From Halobacteriales archaeon QS_5_70_17 (GTDB lineage: Archaea > Halobacteriota > Halobacteria > Halobacteriales > Haloarculaceae), in assembly GCA_003021975.1 (NCBI GenBank), contig PXRR01000017.1, forward strand, positions 6,856 through 70,855: a stretch of 64,000 nucleotides of DNA. Direction: 5' to 3'. Below the pieces are notes generated by a model. The model worked only from the letters and a program-made list of their open reading frames with translations. It searched no databases and was not told the DNA's origin. The translations under genes and the position numbers were made by a program. This document shows, in pieces, positions 61,326 through 64,000 of this stretch (within the stretch, counting starts at the first letter, position 1; each line of letters starts with the position of its first letter).

Positions 61326-61700
61326 ATGTCCGCCGGCCGCCCGGTGGCGGGCGTGCAGCGGATTGTCCACGAGTCCGGCCGCGTGCTCGCCGACGAGGTC
61401 GAGACCGCCGACGCGCTGGCGGCGCGCGCCCGGGGGCTGATGTTCCGGCGGTCGATCCCGGAGGGGTACGCCCTGGTCTTTCCCTTCGACGGCGCCGGTC
61501 GGCGCCGCCTCCACATGGTCTGCGTTCCGTTTCCGATCGACGCCTGCTGGCTGCGCGACGGCGTCGTCGAGCGGACGGCGACCCTGCGCCCCTGGATCGG
61601 GACGGGGGCCGCGCGGGCCGACACGGTGATCGAGTTCCCCGCTGGCGCGCTTGACGGCGTCGCCCCCGGCGACGCGATCGAAGTGCGCGACGCCGGGTGA
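61326..61700 (+). CDS. DUF192 family protein
   Basis: ETAD...RARGLMFR, LHMVCVPFPID, LRPW, VIEFPAG; start may be GTG at 61353. Confidence 0.88.
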   Translation: MSAGRPVAGVQRIVHESGRVLADEVETADALAARARGLMFRRSIPEGYALVFPFDGAGRRRLHMVCVPFPIDACWLRDGVVERTATLRPWIGTGAARADTVIEFPAGALDGVAPGDAIEVRDAG

Positions 61701-61758
61701 CCTCCGGCGCGCCCGCGATCGGAGCGCCGGGTCGGCAAATCTGCCGCCAATCGACCAG

Positions 61759-61765
61759 TATTTAA
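61759..61765 (+). promoter_or_regulatory. TATA box of the cimA leader transcript
   Basis: TATTTAA about 30 nt upstream of ATG 61792, typical spacing for a leaderless mRNA. Confidence 0.6.
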
Positions 61766-61791
61766 CCCCGGGTTCCCAGGTGGCGGATACC

Positions 61792-61869
61792 ATGTCGGAT
61801 TTCCACGACACGGAGGATAGGTCAAGTCGCCGCGAGGCGGCTGGGCGTGAAATTCTCGGGACAGAGTAA
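61792..61869 (+). CDS. Putative 25-aa leader peptide (uORF) overlapping the cimA start
   Basis: MSDFHDTEDRSSRREAAGREILGTE*; its ATG sits at the predicted transcription start. Confidence 0.5.
   Translation: MSDFHDTEDRSSRREAAGREILGTE
61825..61842 (+). promoter_or_regulatory. GNRA-capped hairpin sequestering the cimA Shine-Dalgarno
   Basis: AGTCGCC-GCGA-GGCGGCT; SD-like GAGGCGG at 61834-61840, 6 nt before GTG 61847. Confidence 0.55.
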
Positions 61870-63451
61870 CCACCCCACTTCCGATCCCACCGACGACGCG
61901 GTCTTCGACTGGTCGTCACTCGCCGACAGTTCCGTACAGTTCCTGGACACCACGCTGCGCGACGGGGAGCAGGCGCCGGGCGTCTCGCTGTCGCCCGACG
62001 AGAAAGCCGACGTCGCTCGACTCCTCGACGAGGCCGGCGTGAGCGTCATCGAGGCCGGCAGCGCCTGCACCGGCGCCGGCGAGCGCGAGACCATCTCGCG
62101 GGTGACCGACCTCGACCTCGGCGCGCGCGTCACCTCTTTCTGCCGGGGCGTGCGCAACGACGTCGACCTCGCGCTCGACTGCGGCGTCGAGGGCGTCAAC
62201 CTCGTCGTCCCCGCCAGCGACCGCCACGTCGAGACGAAGGTCGGCACCACCCGCGAGGACGTGATCGCGGACACCGTCGACCTCGTCGAGTACGCCCGCG
62301 ACCACGGCCTCTGGGTCGAGGTGCTCGGCGAGGACGGCTCCCGGGCGGACCTGGAGTTCCTCGTCGACCTGATGGGGGCAGCGCTCGACGCGGGCGCGGA
62401 CCGGGTCTGTTACTGCGACACGGTCGGCCACGCGACCCCCGACCGGACCCACGAGGTGGTCTCGCGGCTGGCCGACCTCGGTCCGACCAGCACCCACACC
62501 CACGACGACCTGGGGCTGGCGGTGACCAACGCCCTGGTCAGCGTCGCCGCCGGGGCCGACCTGGTCCACGCGACGGTCAACGGCGTCGGCGAGCGCGCCG
62601 GCAACGTCGCGCTGGAGGAGGTCGCCATCGCCCTCCAGCACGGCTACGGCGTCGAACCCGTCGACGCGACGAAGCTCTACCGGCTGGCGCGCCGCGTCGC
62701 CGAGGCCTCCGGCGTCCCGCTGGCGCCGAACAAGGCCGTCGTCGGCGAGAACGCCTTCACCCACGAGTCGGGCATCCACACCGACGGCACGCTGAAAGAC
62801 GAGGCGATGTACGAGCCGTACCCGCCCGAGACCGTCGGCCGGGACCGCCGGCTCGTACTCGGGAAGCACGCCGGCCGCGCCGGCGTCAGGGCCGCCCTGG
62901 AGGAACACGGCGTCGACGTCGACGAGGGGGAACTCTCGGCGGTCGTCGAGCGCGTGAAGGAACTCGGCGACCGCGGCAAGCGCGTCACCGACGCCGACCT
63001 GCTGGCCATCGCCGAGGACGTCCAGGGCCGGGACCACGAGCGCCGGGTCGAACTGCGCGACCTCACCGCGACCAGCGGCGGGGCGACCCCGACCGCGAGC
63101 GTCCGCCTCGGCGTCGCCGGCGAACTGCTCGAGGACCGGGACGGCTGGGAGGAGCGGGTCGCCTCCGGCACGGGAAGCGGTCCCGTCGACGCCGCGATGA
63201 CCGCGGTCCGGGACGCGCTCGGCGAGGTCGCCGATGTCTCGCTCGACGCCTACCACGTCGACGCCATCACCGGCGGCACCGACGCGGTCGTCACCGTCGA
63301 GATCGAGATGAGCCGCGACGACCACAGCGTCACCGCGACGGCCAGCGAGGCCGACATCACTCGCGCGAGCGTCGTCGCGATGGTCGACGCCGTCGACCGC
63401 CTGCTGGCGCCCCGCTCGACCCCGCCCCCCCGCGCCGAGGCCGACGACTGA
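61847..63451 (+). CDS. cimA: (R)-citramalate synthase / 2-isopropylmalate synthase family enzyme
   Basis: LDTTLRDGEQAPG, HTHDDLGLA, GERAGN, HESGIH, C-terminal regulatory domain GSGPVDA. Confidence 0.88.
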   Translation: MKFSGQSNHPTSDPTDDAVFDWSSLADSSVQFLDTTLRDGEQAPGVSLSPDEKADVARLLDEAGVSVIEAGSACTGAGERETISRVTDLDLGARVTSFCRGVRNDVDLALDCGVEGVNLVVPASDRHVETKVGTTREDVIADTVDLVEYARDHGLWVEVLGEDGSRADLEFLVDLMGAALDAGADRVCYCDTVGHATPDRTHEVVSRLADLGPTSTHTHDDLGLAVTNALVSVAAGADLVHATVNGVGERAGNVALEEVAIALQHGYGVEPVDATKLYRLARRVAEASGVPLAPNKAVVGENAFTHESGIHTDGTLKDEAMYEPYPPETVGRDRRLVLGKHAGRAGVRAALEEHGVDVDEGELSAVVERVKELGDRGKRVTDADLLAIAEDVQGRDHERRVELRDLTATSGGATPTASVRLGVAGELLEDRDGWEERVASGTGSGPVDAAMTAVRDALGEVADVSLDAYHVDAITGGTDAVVTVEIEMSRDDHSVTATASEADITRASVVAMVDAVDRLLAPRSTPPPRAEADD

Positions 63452-63733
63452 ACGGCCCGGCGCGCCCGCGGCCGGACCGCCGCCCGCGCCGCTGCGAACT
63501 CGGAGCGCGAGGGCGGGTCCGGCGGTCGTCGCCCGATCGGGGTCGGCGCCGCGACCCCCGACCGCGGCCGTGAATCGGCCGGAAGCGGCGGGGAGCGGTC
63601 ACCTCCCGGTTCCCGGCGCGCACCGCTGAGCGTCGCTGCGGTAGTCGGTCGCCGAGAGATCAGTGAGCGCGAGGAGAGAGGCCGGAGCGCCGGGACCGTG
63701 ACGGCTCCGGGGCCGTGCCGCGGGGAGAGCGGT

Positions 63734-64000
63734 TCAGTCGTCGCCGATCGCCTGGGCCTCTTCGGCCTCGGGGGTCGGCTCGTCGGTGATCTCGTAGAGG
63801 TTCTGGCGCGCGTCGGCGAAGTAGACGTCCTCGTCGACGACGTCGATCTCCTCGAGTCGTTCGAGCGCGTACCGCACCGTCCGGGCGGAGAGCATCGACT
63901 CCTTCACGATGCCCTTCTGGGTGAGGGGGCCGTTGTACTCCAACACCTTGTAGACGAGTTTCGCGCTGGGCGGAAGGTCCGCGATCCCCTCGGCGGTTGA
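63734..64000 (-). CDS. Small winged-helix regulator, 5' end outside the window; paralog of 7474..7749
   Basis: LPPSAKLVYKVL...ESMLSARTVRYALERL...DARQNLY. Confidence 0.88.
   Translation of the reverse strand, partial: STAEGIADLPPSAKLVYKVLEYNGPLTQKGIVKESMLSARTVRYALERLEEIDVVDEDVYFADARQNLYEITDEPTPEAEEAQAIGDD

Noticed and set aside
1-64000. tRNA, rRNA, CRISPR, IS/integrase, inteins, defence systems
   Set aside because: No cloverleaf, spaced repeat array, transposase/recombinase or intein motifs recognised by eye; a covariance-model search could still find small RNAs.

Overview
High-GC chromosomal segment of a halophilic archaeon (class Halobacteria), judged from acidic proteins, TATA-type promoters, Tat and PGF-CTERM signals, and archaeal LonB, thermosome, MfnA, SepF and FAU-1. 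It holds about 68 mostly housekeeping genes, including lonB, nadM, a thermosome subunit, metG, mfnA, ppsA, rnr, sepF, uvrA, a ROK kinase, riboflavin synthase, a UvrD-like helicase, guaAa and cimA. I saw no rRNA, tRNA, CRISPR array, transposase or integrase. Four things stand out. (1) A putative leader-peptide control element precedes the citramalate synthase gene: a TATA box, a leaderless 25-codon uORF, a GNRA-capped hairpin hiding the Shine-Dalgarno, and a rare Ile codon just after the overlapping GTG start. (2) A low-GC islet carries a small ribbon-helix-helix gene bracketed by two CGTGCAC-N3-GTGCACG palindromes. (3) Several conserved genes (lonB, geranylgeranyl reductase, FAU-1, DUF2070) have clean internal deletions, most likely sequencing or assembly artefacts. 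(4) There are recognisable heat-shock (thermosome) and TrmB-like (ppsA) promoter elements. Family and DUF names are recalled from memory, not from searches.
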